Positions 1 to 13,520 of a DNA stretch of 64,000 bases are shown here, in pieces. The position numbers and the translations under genes were made by a program. The DNA comes from Octopus vulgaris (lineage: Eukaryota): positions 4,898,001 through 4,962,000 of the forward strand of contig OX597842.1 of assembly GCA_951406725.2 (NCBI GenBank), in the 5' to 3' direction. Each line of letters opens with the position of its first letter. Within the stretch, counting starts at the first letter, position 1. A model generated the notes under the pieces. The model was not told the DNA's origin, searched no databases, and saw only the letters and a program-made list of their open reading frames with translations.

Positions 1-1039
1 GTTATTTTGTTGTCATGTATGTGTGCAAAACTAATTTTTAATTACCTCTCTTAATTCCAAAATTTTCAAATGCCGATTTTTTTTTTTGCAAATTCAGAAT
101 CTCCACAGTCGAAAAAGTAGGTTTCTGTAGAAAAAAACCCTGAAAGAAAGTCCATGTCCTTTACCTCTGCTCACACACACACAAATATATGTACATTTAC
201 ATATATATGCACATATGTACACATAAATATATATAAACATATACAGTACATTCACAAATACACATGTTCATAATTATTCATATACATAGGCGCAAGAGAG
301 GCTGTGTGGTAAGTAGCTTGCTTACAAACCACATAGTTCCGGGTTCAGACCCACTGAGTGGCATCTTGGGCAAGTGTCTTATAGCCTCGGGCTGACCAAA
401 GCCTTGTGAGTGGATTTGGAAACTGAAAGAAGCCCGTCGTATATATGTATATATATATGTATGTGTGTGTGTGTGTATACGTTTGTATGTTTGTGTTTGT
501 CCCCCAACATTGCTTGATAACCGATGATGGTATGTTTACGTCCCCGTAACTTAGCAGTTCGGCAAAAGAGACCGATAGAATAAGTCCTGGGGTCGATTTG
601 CTCGACTAAAGGCGTTGCTCCAGCATGGCCACAGTCAAATGACTGAAACTAGTAAAAGAGTAAAGAGATATGTATATTCTTACATTTATAACCACACACC
701 CACATGTACATCAAATTGTATACAGACAAATACATGCTCATACTTATGTGTACGTATATTAATCTATACATACATTTATATTATATAGTAGCACTTACAC
801 ACATGTACATGTATATACATAGATAGATACATATCAGTTTATGGCTGAGTGGTCTGGGACAATTGAAAGAGTAATTTGCTCAAGAACCCAAGTCCAGGAA
901 TTGATACCACACTCTTGTGGTTGTGGCCTAAACTCCTGGCCACTAGTCCTCATTAGCCAATTACCTGGCATCAAAACATTTCTAGCATTAGTAGGAAGAC
1001 AGTTTACAATCTTCGCTAGCTATGTGTTTATGTTACTCT

Positions 1040-1525
1040 AATAGTTCTCATCTAGGGTCCATATTACCCCTGGGGTTACATTTAAGATTTTGGGGGCTCA
1101 ACACAACCAAAATTGAGTACACAATTCTCAAATTCTCAAATTTTTTTCCATAGTTCAGCCTCGATGAGTTAGTGTTTGAATAGCAAAATAGAAATTTCAA
1201 AAGAAGCATCTCTAAAACAAGCTTTTAAACAAGGATAAGCTATGGGGGTTCACTAGAATAAAACAGTAATCAAAGGGGCTCCACACAAGCAAAATAGTAA
1301 ATCAGGGATCTATTGTAAGGGTCCATGAAAAAGGTTTCTTGCTCATCAGAGCAAGAAACCTTTTACATAGTTCAACCTATACAAGTTAATGTGTGAAAAA
1401 CAAAACAGGAATTTTGAAAGAAGTGTCTATAAAACTAGTTTTTAAACATTGAATGGCTATAGGGGTCCACCAGAGCAAATTAGTAATCAAAAGGGTCCAT
1501 AGATAAGGAAAGGTTGAAAACCACT
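1040..1525. mobile_element. hAT-like MITE with internal GGGGTCCA subrepeats
   Basis: Right end AGGTTGAAAACCACTG (CAGTGGTT.TCAACC-type TIR); degenerate left end; internal repeated blocks. Confidence 0.45.
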
Positions 1526-3029
1526 GTGCTACACAACGAATACTGGATTAGCCTTTCCTAGAGAATCGAGGTTCTTGGATTACCTTTTCAATTCACATCA
1601 GTCATCAGGTGTATCTTGCTCGAGAACAATGTTATGACTGATGCCTTTTCTCATCTAGAAATGTCAGCCCTACACACTATTTCTAATATTGCTTTCATAC
1701 ATATCACCATTGATGAGGAATTCCACTTGCTACTACGTGGTACCTCCTCTATTACTTTTGAGAAAGTCCATCTCCTTTTTCTCGTCTCAGCAACTGCACA
1801 AGTTCACCTGTTTTCTGTGAACTTTGCAACATGTCCAGCCCAGCTGATCTTGTGTTTTCAGTATTCTGCAATGAATTCATTCATTCTGCTCCATTCTGGA
1901 ATCATTTCCTCCTGGATATACTCTTAGAATGACATTCCTAGCATAGATCTTTCTATGACCCTTTGAGTCATAGCCGCTTGATGTTCTTCCTTCCCTGTGA
2001 TAGCCCACATCTCACCTGTGTCTAAAAGTACAGGTAGGATGGTGTTGTTAAAAAGTTTGGCATGTATTGTCTTTATAGAGATAAACACGTTCTACTTTGC
2101 CTTTATTCTCCTCAAGATGTTAACATACTCAACAGACAAAACTCTTCCTTTGTTTATAGTTGTTTGGTCCAAGAAAAAAGTTAATGGTTTCCATTTGAAC
2201 ATTTTGTGCTAAAAGTTAACAGATATTTGTAATTGGTGAACAAAGACCAAAGAGATGTCAAGGGGAAAAAAAAATTAAGAAGCTTTGAGCTGAAAGCCTG
2301 ATTATTGCTTTGAACCACCCCAAATAATAGAACTTTTAGTTGAACTGATGATGCCATCACAATTCATTTGACAGGGCAGTGAGAAACCTGTGGCTGGAGG
2401 CATTATAGAAAGTACCAAGTCACTACATAAATTCCTTCCAAAAATCAAAGATTTGTATAATCCAAGAGTAATTAAAAGAAAAAAGTAAATATTCTGATTG
2501 AAAGTTAGTTTTATTGTTTTTTATATGATCTTACCCGAACATTGAGGCTGTTGTAGGGTAAGGGACTAGAAGGAGGGAAAAGAAGGGAGTTTTCGACAAT
2601 TTTTTAATGTGACTTTTTGCAACAAATTTTTTTTTATATGGTAACACTTTTTATAATCTAATGGCTAACTCCATGAACGAATTAAGAACACTCCGGACCT
2701 GCAATCATGAAATTTGGGATTCCTATGTTTTCATTACTGTGATTGTTTTTGGTGATTTTTTTACACGATTTTTTCTCACGAATATGATCATCATTGGGAT
2801 ATGACTCTGGAGGAAGCAACTGCAACAAATTCTTTTTCTGTTTGTGTTTTTTTTCAGGCACTGTTATCTCTAACCTAAACTCCACTTGTTTAGCCTCAGA
2901 TTTGTCCTGATCCAGTAGACCTAAGATCAAAGATGTTCCTACTGTGACCATCCCATCCTTTATTTAGACATAGTGTATCTAGGACTACATTATCAAATGT
3001 GTAGTAAAATATGGGGCAAAGAAAAAGAT

Positions 3030-3720
3030 TCCTCCTGCATGCAGTGCAGAGCAACTCTTTGCTCCCTGAACAACATTCTGCCTGGATGCCTTGGGCACTG
3101 AGAGAAGACCGATTCAAGTAGAGACATGACAGGGTCCTTGTCGAAATTGCCAAGTGGACTGATCTGCAAAGGGTGCAAAGAGTATGAAATTGCTAAAAGA
3201 AAGTGGCAAAATTAATGGTAGGGGACCTGTTTTCTATTTTTAGTCAGCCTCAGATGAGTATATTGAAGTGGATCTAAAGAGCAGACTTATTTTTCCAGAG
3301 AAGATAGTGATAATATCACTTCGACAACACATGTTCCTGCTCCCCAGAAATACAAAAACAATCATTATGGTGAAAACTCATAGTGCCCTGGGAGGACAGA
3401 CTTGAAATTACCCAAGTAGATTAAGGAAACAAATTATCAGGACTTAGGTGATGAGATCCATGTCAAGAGACAGCATGCGGCCTAATACCCTACTAAAGTT
3501 GGCTTAGGCTTGGGAAGTGAAACTAGCTCAAAATGGCTATAAGAGACCACAAGTGGAACCCTTCCATAGGTGGAAACTAGTTCAGTCCTTTAGTTCAGTC
3601 CTTTGCCTCATTTAGGCAAAGTGTATAGGCTAAGGGACGAAATGCTTCTGACCCTGAGATACCTGCTGACGATATGGCAAGGTTTCCTGTATTGCGATCG
3701 ATTTAGAAGAGCTTGCGGAA
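3030..3720 (+). mobile_element. HERO-like LINE 3' fragment, decayed
   Basis: Hand translation gives VDLKSRLIFPEKIV..SLR and TIIMVKLIVPWEDRLE pieces. Confidence 0.55.
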
Positions 3721-3939
3721 CATCTGAGTAACTCCTGCAGTTTCTGAATGAAGCAAAGCATCTCTGATATTTCATCTATAGCTATAATTGTTGTTTAGCT
3801 CCCAGTCTCTCTTGATGCAGCAGGTTTATGATCAACGACGTTCCAGCTGTGACTATCCCATTTTAAAAATTCAAATATAATATATTCAGGACTACATTAT
3901 CAAATGTATAGAATAGTAGATAGTATTTGTAGTTGTTGG

Positions 3940-4155
3940 AAGGCAGAATCGTTAGCACGCCGGACGAAATGAGTAGCCGTATTCCGTCTGCCGTTACGTT
4001 CTGAGTTCAAATTCCGCCGAGGTCGACTTTGCCTTTCATCCTTTCAGGGTCGATTAAATAAGTACCAGTTACGTACTGGAGTCGATATAATCGACTTATT
4101 CCATTTGCCTGTCCTTGTTTGTCCCTTCTGTGTTTAGCCCCTTGTGGATAGTAAA
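3940..4155 (+). mobile_element. SINE with a Meta-domain-like core, upstream of the REXO4 start
   Basis: GAGTTCAAATTCCGCCGAGGTCGACTTTGCCTTTCATCCTTTCAGGGTCGATTAAATAAGTACC. Confidence 0.65.
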
Positions 4156-4497
4156 AAGATATATTATACGATTGGGTGGAAAGGAAGAGAGGTTCGACTG
4201 TTGTTTCTAGTACAACAAGCACACATTACGTTCTTTTCGACAAGGGAAGTAATCAACGTTGCCAAACGGTGACTTTCTGTAGATGGAAACAGGAAACGTG
4301 CTTCCATATATATAAGGAGCAGATAACTCTCATAACTTCCTGTTCATCTATAAACTTGGAAGCACATGTTTTCTCTTGAAACAGTAAATATATTATATAT
4401 AAAGGATTAATTGGAAGAAATTGTTGGTATTACAGGAAAGGGGAGACGTGTTGTTAGGGACTGACTTAATATCTGATGTAGATTTAAGATTTAAAAC

Positions 4498-4890
4498 ATG
4501 AAATTGCATAAAACAGCCTCCAAAACTTCATCTGGGCCATCGTCTTCGTCATCAGTTCCTCGGACGTTTAAGAATAGTGTTGGAAAGAAAAAGAAAAAAA
4601 TTAAGTACAAAAACACAAATAACGATAAAAATAATGATAATAAACATGGTGATAAAAGACATGGCAAATTTGTTCACAAATTTAAGCAGAAATGGAAAAG
4701 GACGAAGAAACAGAAGAAAGGTGTCGCAAATGAAAACGAAAAGAAAACTTTAATAAATGGTGATAATGAAAAGAAGACGAGAGATGTCGATAAATCCATG
4801 GCACAAAAAACAGAATCTGGAGGTATCGGACTTTGTTATGTTCCAACTGAAGCGGAAGAATGTTCTAGTAACTGGAAAAAGTTATCTGCG
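4498..4890 (+). CDS. REXO4: REXO4 exon 1 (Lys-rich N-terminus, ends ...EECSSNWKKLSA)
   Basis: ATG at 4498; 393 nt, phase 0; donor GTAAGT at 4891; SxNWK motif typical of the REXO4 N-terminal region. Confidence 0.88.
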
Positions 4891-5078
4891 GTAAGTACTG
4901 TGACTGTTTTTAGTGTTGGTCGTCGTGGTGTTGGTATTTTAATCCCAGTTCAAACATTGTTCCCTTTTATAGTGGTATTCCACTATTTTACTTAAAATTA
5001 CTTTCAGTAATGATATTGTGGCGCTTACAAGAGAGTTGAAGCTACGTTAATTATTCATACACCTTCGTAACTTTTGTG

Positions 5079-5325
5079 GGGGGCGCGTGGCTTAGTGGTT
5101 AGGGTGTCAGCACCATGATAGTAAGATTGTGGTTTCGATTCCTGGACCGGGTGACATGTTGTGTTTTTGATCAAAACACTTCATTTCATGTTGCTCCATT
5201 CCACTCAGCTGGCAAAAATGAGTAACGCTGCGATGGACTTACGTCCCGTCCAGCTGGGCAAGACATACGTCATAGAAACTGGGAAACTGGGTCCATGAGC
5301 CTGGCTAGGCTTTAAAAGGGTGCAT
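5079..5325 (+). mobile_element. tRNA-derived SINE, family B
   Basis: GGCGCGTGGCTTAGTGGTTAGGG..GGTTTCGATTCC head and CCACTCAGCTGGCAAAAATGAG core; related copies at ~8020-8330, 29620-29880, 41285-41560, 49440-49660(-). Confidence 0.75.
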
Positions 5326-5882
5326 TTATTTTTATTTTTCGTAACTTTTACCGCAACTTCACGCATGTTGGGGGATAAAATTCATATATATAGGTGCAGG
5401 CGTGGTTGTATGGTAAGAAGCTTGTTTCCCAACCACATAGTTCTGGGTTCAGTTCCACTACGTGATATCTTGTGCGTCTTCTGCTGTAGCCTTGGGTCAA
5501 ACAAAACCTTGTGAGTGTTTTGATCCACATATATATTATGTAAAGTCGTGTGTCATACAGTCAGTGTCATTCATTTCCAATATTTTGTGAGCACATATCT
5601 ATTCATGGGGAAATATTACCTTGCTTGGAAACAGGTAAGGGTTGGTGACAAGAAGGGCATTCATTTGCCTCTTTTAAACATGGGTTGAAGCCCTTACAAG
5701 CATGGAAAAGTAGATTTAAATGATGATGTGTGATTTGTGAGAGATCTAGCTGGTGTTTCTAGTATGTTGAGTGACCATCCCTTTTGTACATGTGACCCCA
5801 AGGTCAGTAGCCTACAAACTCTTACCTCTTTGTCTCTGAGCTACTACTCCACCTCATCACAGTATTTTTCTATTAATTTCAG

Positions 5883-6007
5883 ACAATTCTCGGGTCAAAT
5901 CTGCAAGAAGAAACAACCACAGACAAGAAGATGAAGTTAATAGGGGTTCCTGATTCACAGTTGAAAGTAGTAGGGATCCATGGAAATGTGTTGCACAATG
6001 GCAATAG
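5883..6007 (+). CDS. REXO4: REXO4 exon 2 (TILGSNLQEETTTDKKMKLIG...HNGN)
   Basis: Acceptor TAATTTCAG ends 5882; open in phase 0; donor GTGGGT at 6008; ends phase 2, matching the next exons. Not in the ORF track. Confidence 0.75.
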
Positions 6008-6470
6008 GTGGGTAGACTGGCTTGTTTCATCATCTCAGTATATATATGTATATTTTACATTGGCATTGTGAGATTAATAACCTGGTGTAGAACACAATAT
6101 ATGGTTGCTTCAGAACAAAGTGTCAGTGTTTGACGACAGGGGACAGAGACTTCTGGTGGTTTGCTGTACAACAAGCCAGGTAAATGTGTGGTCGTCCTTG
6201 CCTACAGGTGTGTCCCCTACATCCCTCTTCAGTTGAGCATTTCTAATCTTGCAGGCTTGTGGGTGCTGATGCCATGGAAAAAGCACCTGTGCCAGTGTTG
6301 TGCAAATGCACCCAGTGCACTCTGTAAAGCGGCTGGTGTTAGGGAGGACATCCAACTATAGAAACCATGCCAAAACAGACAACTGGAGCCCAAGCAGCTC
6401 TCCAGCTGGCCATCTCCTGTCATCCTGTCCAACCCATGCCAGCATGGAAAACAGATGATAACTAACTGAT

Positions 6471-6509
<39 letters not shown>

Positions 6510-6535
6510 ATCTTTTGTTGTCTTACCATTTCTAT

Positions 6536-6584
<49 letters not shown>

Positions 6585-8927
6585 TATACACACACACACA
6601 CACACATATAGGTGAAGGAGTGGCTGTGTGGTAAGTAGCTTGCTTACCAACCACATGGTTCCAGGTTCAGTGTCTTCTACTATAGTCTAGGGATGACCAA
6701 AGCCTTGTGAGTGGATATGGGTGACGGAAACTGAAAGAAGCCTGTTGCATATATATGTATGTGTGTATTTGTGTCTGTGTTTGTTTTAGTCATCCTGTCC
6801 AACCCATGCTAGCATGGAAAGCAGATGCTAAATGATGATGATGATGTATGTGATGGACTTTTTTCAGTTTTATCTACAAAATCCTTTCACAAAGCTTTGG
6901 TTTGACCAAGGCTATCGTGGTGCTAGGAGTGAGACTAAACCCAGAACCATGTAGTTGGGAAGCAAACTTCTTACCACACAGCCAAGCATTTTTAACAGTT
7001 GAACTCAATAGTGTGTGAAAATTGAGTTGGAAAACCCTTTTGATAGAAAAAACTGAAGGCTTTCAAGTTCAACCGTTAAAGACAAAATACCTCCCATTTT
7101 CTTGCAGTTTTGAAATTCAGTATGACATAAACAATGTGTGGTCACAGCCATGACTGTGTGGTAAGATGCTTGCTTCCAAGCACATTGTTTGGGGTTCAGT
7201 CCCACTCTGTTGTGCCTTAGACAAGTGTCTTCTATACCCTTCGGTCAACCAAAACCTTTTGAGTGGATTTGATAGACAGAAACTGAAAGAAGCCCATCAT
7301 GTCTTTGTCTTGACAACCAGCGTTGGTGTGTTTATGTCTCCATAACATTGCGGTTTGGCAAGAGAGATCGATAGAATAAGTACCAGGCTTAAGGACAAAT
7401 AAAAACCTGGGTTGATTTATTCAACTAAAAATTCTTCAAGGCAGTGCCCCAGCATGGTCGCAGATAAAAACATAGAAGCTATTCTTTTATTATTTTAACC
7501 CTTTCACATTCAGATTACTCAGTCAAATGTAGTATCTATTTATTGATACTGCATTATCTTGTAGCTTTGAGATTTCAACAATGTGATTGTGATTGTTTTA
7601 TTTTTAGAGTATTTTTGTAGGGCACACAGGAACTTCTGCTGTCCCTCAATCTGTTACAAATATTCTAATCTTAGCTACTGGTCTTTCTGAAAGACCTAGA
7701 ATAATGGGTTTGACTACACTTTGGTGCTCCTCACTTTTTTCGACTTCTTGGAAAGTATATTTATTTCAATGAAATTTTGCAAAGAAAGTATTTTGAGGGT
7801 GTATATTGCAAATGCTTTAAATTGTCGTTTTCTCTACCTCACAAATTATTTTACATAAGTCTTTAAAACATTTTATTCATTTTTGAGAATGTAAATTTTT
7901 CATTCTTAAAATGCATGGGAAGAAACCCAAAACTATGTGGCTGTGAAACAAATTTCTTTACCACATGATACATATATCTGTTTGTGTGTGTGTACCAAGT
8001 AATCAGTTCACCTGTGAAGGTGGTGGCTTAGTGGTTAGGTTATTCAGCTCACAATCTTAAGGTCCTATGTTCAATTTCTGGCAGCACATTGTGTCCTTGG
8101 ATAAGACACTTTATTTCACGTTGCTTCAGTCCACTCAACTGGTGAAAACAAGTTGTACCTGCAATTCAAAGGGCCAGAGCCTGTGTCACGCTGAATCTCC
8201 CTGGGAACTACATGAAGAGTACACATGTCTGTGGAGTGCTTAACTACTTGCTTATCAATTCCATGAGCAGGCTGTTCTGTTGATTTGATCAACTGGAATC
8301 TTCATTGTTGTAACTGACAGAGTGCCATTTAGTTAACAGTCCACCTAACACTCAATAATAGCTCCTAGATCAATGTAGTTTGGTCTCTGTTTACAGTCTG
8401 CCAATGTGGCTTGATCCACCAGTGTCAAACCAGTTGTTTGGAGTAAGTAACATGTCAATGTAGTTTTGTTGATTCAGTTATATTTTTGCTCATTTTTCAT
8501 TTAATTACAAATTTCAGAAACATTCACATTTCATTATCTTCATTTATAATTAGTTGTTTAAAGTTATTGCTTTTGTTTTTGAGATAGAAATCCCAAATAT
8601 TATTTAAAAACAGACAACCAAAATTACAGCCTGTAAAAACAGGTTTTGCTGTCTAATTCAGAAGTTTCCTTCCAACCACATGCTTCCAGGTTCAGTCCAG
8701 CTCTGTAGTACCTTGGGCAAGTGTTTTCCACTACAGTATCAGGCTAATCAAAGTCTTTTAATTAGATTTGATATACAGAAACTGAAAGAAGCCCATTGTG
8801 TTTGTGTGTGTGTATACATACATACGTATATAAATTTTATAAATAAGGATAAGATCGTTAATTTAATTATCGATCTTATCAAGTGGCCAGCATGGGAATA
8901 GAAACCTTAAAAGGTAATAATTATTAT

Positions 8928-9095
8928 TAAAATTAGAATTTAGGGTATCTAAGAGATACCTCCACACTGGAAATAGCAGCCAAAACTTGACTCTAAAACC
9001 ACATTAAATGAACATTTAATGTGGTTTTAGAGTCAAGTTTTGGCTGCTATTTCCAGTGTGGAGGTATCTCTTAGATACCCCAAATTATAATTTTA
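8928..9095. repeat. Near-perfect fold-back palindrome (83-bp arms, 2-nt loop)
   Basis: Centre at 9011-9012; only 2 mismatches seen, both in the outer part. Confidence 0.9.
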
Positions 9096-9107
9096 TATAT
9101 ATATATG

Positions 9108-9730
9108 CTGTGCGTGAGAAGACCCGGCAAGACTAGTGAGGCCATAACCCGTGGCCCCTACCTGGGACGTAGTCAGTCCACCTGTGCATACCTTCCTTCT
9201 TGTGACACTTGTGAAGACCTGTTGAGGCAAGTGAAAATCAAACCAAATCAAAATAGATGAACATCAATGGAATTTGTATCTTTGTGGTACCAGTGCCGGT
9301 GGCACATAAGAAAACCATCCGAACGTGGCCGTAGCCAGTACGGCATCGACTGGCCTCCGTGCTGTGGGCACGTAACAAACACCATCCGATCGTGGCCGTT
9401 CGCCAGCCTCGTCTGGCACCTGTGTTGGTAGCACATAAAAAACACCATCCGAGCGTGGCCGTCTGCCAGCCTCGTTTGGCACCTGTGTCGGTGGCACATA
9501 AAAAACACCATCCGAGCATGGCCGTTCGCCAGCCTCGTCTGGCACCTGTGTCGGTGGCACATAAAATCACCCACTACACTCTCAGAGTGGTTGGCGTTAG
9601 GAAGGGCATCCAGCTGTAGAAACACTGCCAGATCTGACTGGCCTGGTGCAGCCTTCGGGCTCCCCAGACCACAGTTGAACCGTCCAACCCATGCTAGCAT
9701 GGAAAGCGGACGTTAAACGATGATGATGAT
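9108..9730 (+). mobile_element. RTE 3' UTR/tail copy with an internal ~58-bp tandem array
   Basis: Ends GGAAAGCGGACGTTAAACGATGATGATGAT, as does the 58-kb RTE; 4-5 units starting GGTGGCACATAAAAAACACCATCCGA. Confidence 0.8.
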
Positions 9731-9734
9731 ATAT

Positions 9735-9970
9735 ATCTCTTTCCGCTCAGTCGAAGTCGACTCTCGGTCACTCGTTGGATCAGTGTCCTCCAGTCAGTTC
9801 TATCCTGGGCCACTTCCTTCAGACTGGCCATGTTCATTCCGGTATCACTCCTGATGGTGTCAAGCCAGCGGGTTCTTGGTTGGCCTCTTCCTCTCTTGCC
9901 ACTGACCATTCCGAGCATGATGTCCTTCTCCAGGGATTCTCTCCGCATAATATGACCGAAATATGCCAAT
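9735..9970 (-). mobile_element. RTE (BovB-like) LINE 3' fragment
   Basis: RLAYFGHIMRRESLEKDIMLGMVSGKRGRGQPRTRWLD. Confidence 0.8.
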
Positions 9971-10316
9971 CTATATATACACACACACACACGCGCACAC
10001 ACACACACATATACTAGTAGAGCTACCCAGCCTTGTTCAGGATTAAAATGCCATGTGAATGTGGCCATGCTGGAGCATTGCCTTTGGTTGAACAAATCGA
10101 CCACAGGATTTATTCTTTGTAATCCAAGTAGTTATTCTATCAGTGAACTGTTGAACTGCTAAGTGATGGGAATGTAAACACAGCAACATTGGTTGTCAAG
10201 CAATGGTGGGGGTATGAACACAGACACACACCCCCACATGCAAATACACACATATATATGAGTCTTCTTTCAGTTTCTGTGTATGATATCCACTCAAGGC
10301 TTTGGTCAGCCTGAGG

Positions 10317-10368
<52 letters not shown>

Positions 10369-10374
10369 TATATA

Positions 10375-10880
10375 CGTTTTTGGCCCATTAAACTCAGTAT
10401 CTCTCCACACGATGGCCCACAACACCTGGATGTATTGCATTGCAACCAGACTCATGACAGTTCTGTGGCCTTGTACGCATTCACAAGCCTCCTGGTAATC
10501 CAAGCACTACTCTCAACTGCTTTCTCCCCACATTCCTTGATTGTCTTCCTCACAGCAGATACACCAGCCACCTTCAGAAACCTTCTGAGTGAAACTGCTG
10601 GGAAAACCCTACAGCCAACCTCAAATGCAACCAGCTCACAGATGTAACCCTTCTCCTGAATCTCAGCTATCAGCTCTTCATAGCTTAACAGCTTCCACTC
10701 ATGGGCCTCAGCAATGCTCTCCTCCCATGAGATCCACAGATCTTCCTCCATGTTTAACAGTTGGAAGAAGGCAGTCTGAGTCAAATGCTTCCTTTGGCTG
10801 TCTCCACACGTATACTCAGCTGGTGGTCGGAAATAGAGTAAAGGATGACTCATCTGAGAAAATAACATTCTTCTACTGCT
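10375..10880 (-). mobile_element. HERO-like LINE 3' endonuclease fragment
   Basis: SWEESIAEAHEWKLLSYEEL...FEVGCRVFP motif. Confidence 0.7.
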
Positions 10881-11254
10881 CTAGGGACCAATTCTGTAGG
10901 GTTTTTACTCCACTCTAAATGCTTTGCAACGTTTGTTTTTGAAAGCAGAGGTTTTCTGATTGCAGCCCTCCCATGAAATCTGGCTTTGTGCAGCTCCTGG
11001 CGAATAGTTTTTGTGGAAACTAGGTTCTCAAGGTGGTCATTAAGCTCTGCAGTAATTTTGGGAGCTGTACTTTTGTGATCCTTTCTAACAATTCATGTAA
11101 GAGTTCGGCGGTCCCTATCTGAAAGTTTTAGTTTTTCTTCCGGAGTTTTATTTTAACGAGATTTTCCCTTCTTTCTCAAAGGCTATCATTACCCTCGAGA
11201 CAGTACTTCTTGAAGCACCAAACATTTCAGCTGTTTTCATTATGCTAGCACCTT

Positions 11255-11883
11255 TTTTAAAGTAAATTGTGACAGGTGATGAGAAATGGATTATCTACCG
11301 AAATGTTCAGAGAAAGCGATCCTGGAGTAAGTGACATGAGCCACCCCTAAAAAAGTTTTGTGTCTGGTGGGATTGGAAAGGAATTTTGTACTATGAGCTT
11401 CTCCCAAGTAACCAGACAATTAATTTATTCTGAGAAATACTGCACACAACTGGATGAGTTAAAAACAGCAATTCTAGAGAAACGTCCAGAATTGGCCAAC
11501 AGGAAGGGTGTTGTTTTCCAACCTGATAATGCAAGACTGCATGTTTCTTTGGGAACCAGACAAAAATTGCTGCAGCTCGGCTGGGATGTGTTACCCTACC
11601 CTCCATATTCACCTTCAGATTTCCACTTATTCAGGTCTCTGCAGAATAGTCTTAATGGTAAAAATTTCAATTCTTGGATGACGTAAAAAGATACCTTAAT
11701 GAATTTTTTGCTCTGAAACCACCTCACTTCTAGGAAGAGGGTATTTTCAAGTTAAAGGAAAGATGGAGATGCATTGTGCAACAAAATGGTTCATATTTGG
11801 TTGATTAAAAATGTAATGGCAAGTATCTATTGACGTTTTTCTTTCCTTTAAAAATCGGCACATACTTTCCAGACAACCCAATA
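11255..11883 (+). mobile_element. Mariner 3' half with right TIR
   Basis: [32 protein letters not shown]; ends ACTTTCCAGACAACCCAATA. Confidence 0.8.
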
Positions 11884-11897
11884 TATATATATATATA

Positions 11898-12659
11898 GGA
11901 AAACCTGGACGAGGTGGTGAAGCACGACCATCGAACATTAGGCCTCACTGAGGAAATGACTAGTGACTGAGACCTTTGGAAATATGCTGTGCGTGGTCTT
12001 CTTCAGCAGGGATGTAGTCAGCCCACTTATGCATACCTTTCCTTCTTTGGACACAAAACTTTGCCTGCGAAGACCTGTTGAGGCAATTGAAATTGTATTT
12101 GAAATCAAATCAAATCCGACGACTGGCACCCATGCCAACATCCCTTCATTGGACACTGAACTCTGCTTGCAAAGACCTGTTGGGGCAAGTGAAATCGAAA
12201 TTGAACCAAATTCGATGACTGGCACCTGTGCCAGTGGAGCGCTAACAGCTCCATCTGAACGGGATCACTGCCAGAGCAGCTGTCTGGCTTCTGTGCTGGT
12301 GGCACGTAAAAAGCACCATTTGAGCTTGATCGTTACCAGCGTCGCCTTACTGGCACTTGTGCCGGTGGCACGTGAACAAAACATTCAAGCGAGGTCGTTG
12401 CCAGTGCCGCTGGACTGACTCCTGGGCAGGTGGCACGTAAAGAAACACCATTTCGAGCATGGCCATAGCCAGTACTGCCAGTTGGCACGTAAAAGCACCC
12501 ACTGCACTCTTGGAGTGGTTGGCATTAGGGAGGGCATCTGACTGTGGAAGCTCTGCCAGATCAGATTGGAGCCTGGCACAGCCATCTAGTTCGCAAGTCC
12601 TCAGTCAAATCATCCAACCCAAGCTAGCATGGAAAGCGGACATTAAAGGATGATGATGA

Positions 12660-12700
<41 letters not shown>

Positions 12701-13068
12701 CACTGTGCTTGAAAAGACCTATTGAGTCAAGTACATCAACATCAAAAAATCAAATGGAAATTGTAGTTGCGATACCTGTACCGGTGGCACGTAAAAAGCA
12801 CCATCAGAAGGTGGCTGATGCCAGCACCGCCTTGGCTTCCGTGCCAGTGGCACGAAAAGGCACCAGCCAATCGTGGCCGTTGCCAGCCTCGCCTGGCACA
12901 TAAAAAGCACCCACTACACTCACGGAGTGGTTGGCGTTAGGAAGGGCATCCAGCTGTAGAAACACTGCCAGATCAGACTGGAGGCTGGTGCAGCCTCCTG
13001 GCTTCCCAGACCCCGGTCGAACCGTCCAACCTGTGCTAGCATGGAAAATGGACGTTAAACGATGATGA
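11898..13068 (+). mobile_element. Two tandem RTE 3'-end copies
   Basis: Each ends CATGGAAA..GGAC.TTAAA.GATGATGAT; the first includes the RT C-terminal codons KTWDEVVKHD. Confidence 0.8.
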
Positions 13069-13365
13069 TATTTTTTTTTATGTATTTTTTTTATGTACTT
13101 GTTTCAGTCATTTGACTGCGGCCATGCTGGAGCACCGCCTTTAGAGTGGTGAAAGAGTACAGCAGGGATCACCACCTCCTGCCGGAGCCTCGTGGAGCTT
13201 TTAGGTTTTTTCGCTCAATAAACACACACAACGCCCGGTCTGGGAATCGAAACCGCGATCCTCCGACCGCAAGTCCGCTGCCCTAACCACTAGTATACGT
13301 GTATATATTTATACACACACACACACACATATATTTGAATGCGTGTATATATTTATATACACACA

Positions 13366-13396
<31 letters not shown>

Positions 13397-13520
13397 CATC
13401 ACAATCAAGGAACTGCCATAATAGGCCATTCACCCACTAGAAATAACAGCCAAAAGCTTTAACCGCAAAATAACATCAATTCCGTAAACCAGGAGAAAAT
13501 TAAAAAACATTTACCCTGTA

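Noticed and set aside
1540-1930. 103-aa ORF, possible gypsy RNase H/integrase remnant
   Set aside because: Only a weak NVMTDAFS resemblance to the N.VADALS motif; too decayed to call
4891-4995. C-terminal hydrophobic extension of the 165-aa ORF
   Set aside because: Read-through into intron 1 past the GTAAGT donor
9285-9570. CRISPR-like repeat-spacer appearance
   Set aside because: The 'spacers' are similar to each other, the array lies inside an RTE 3' UTR, the context is eukaryotic and there are no cas genes
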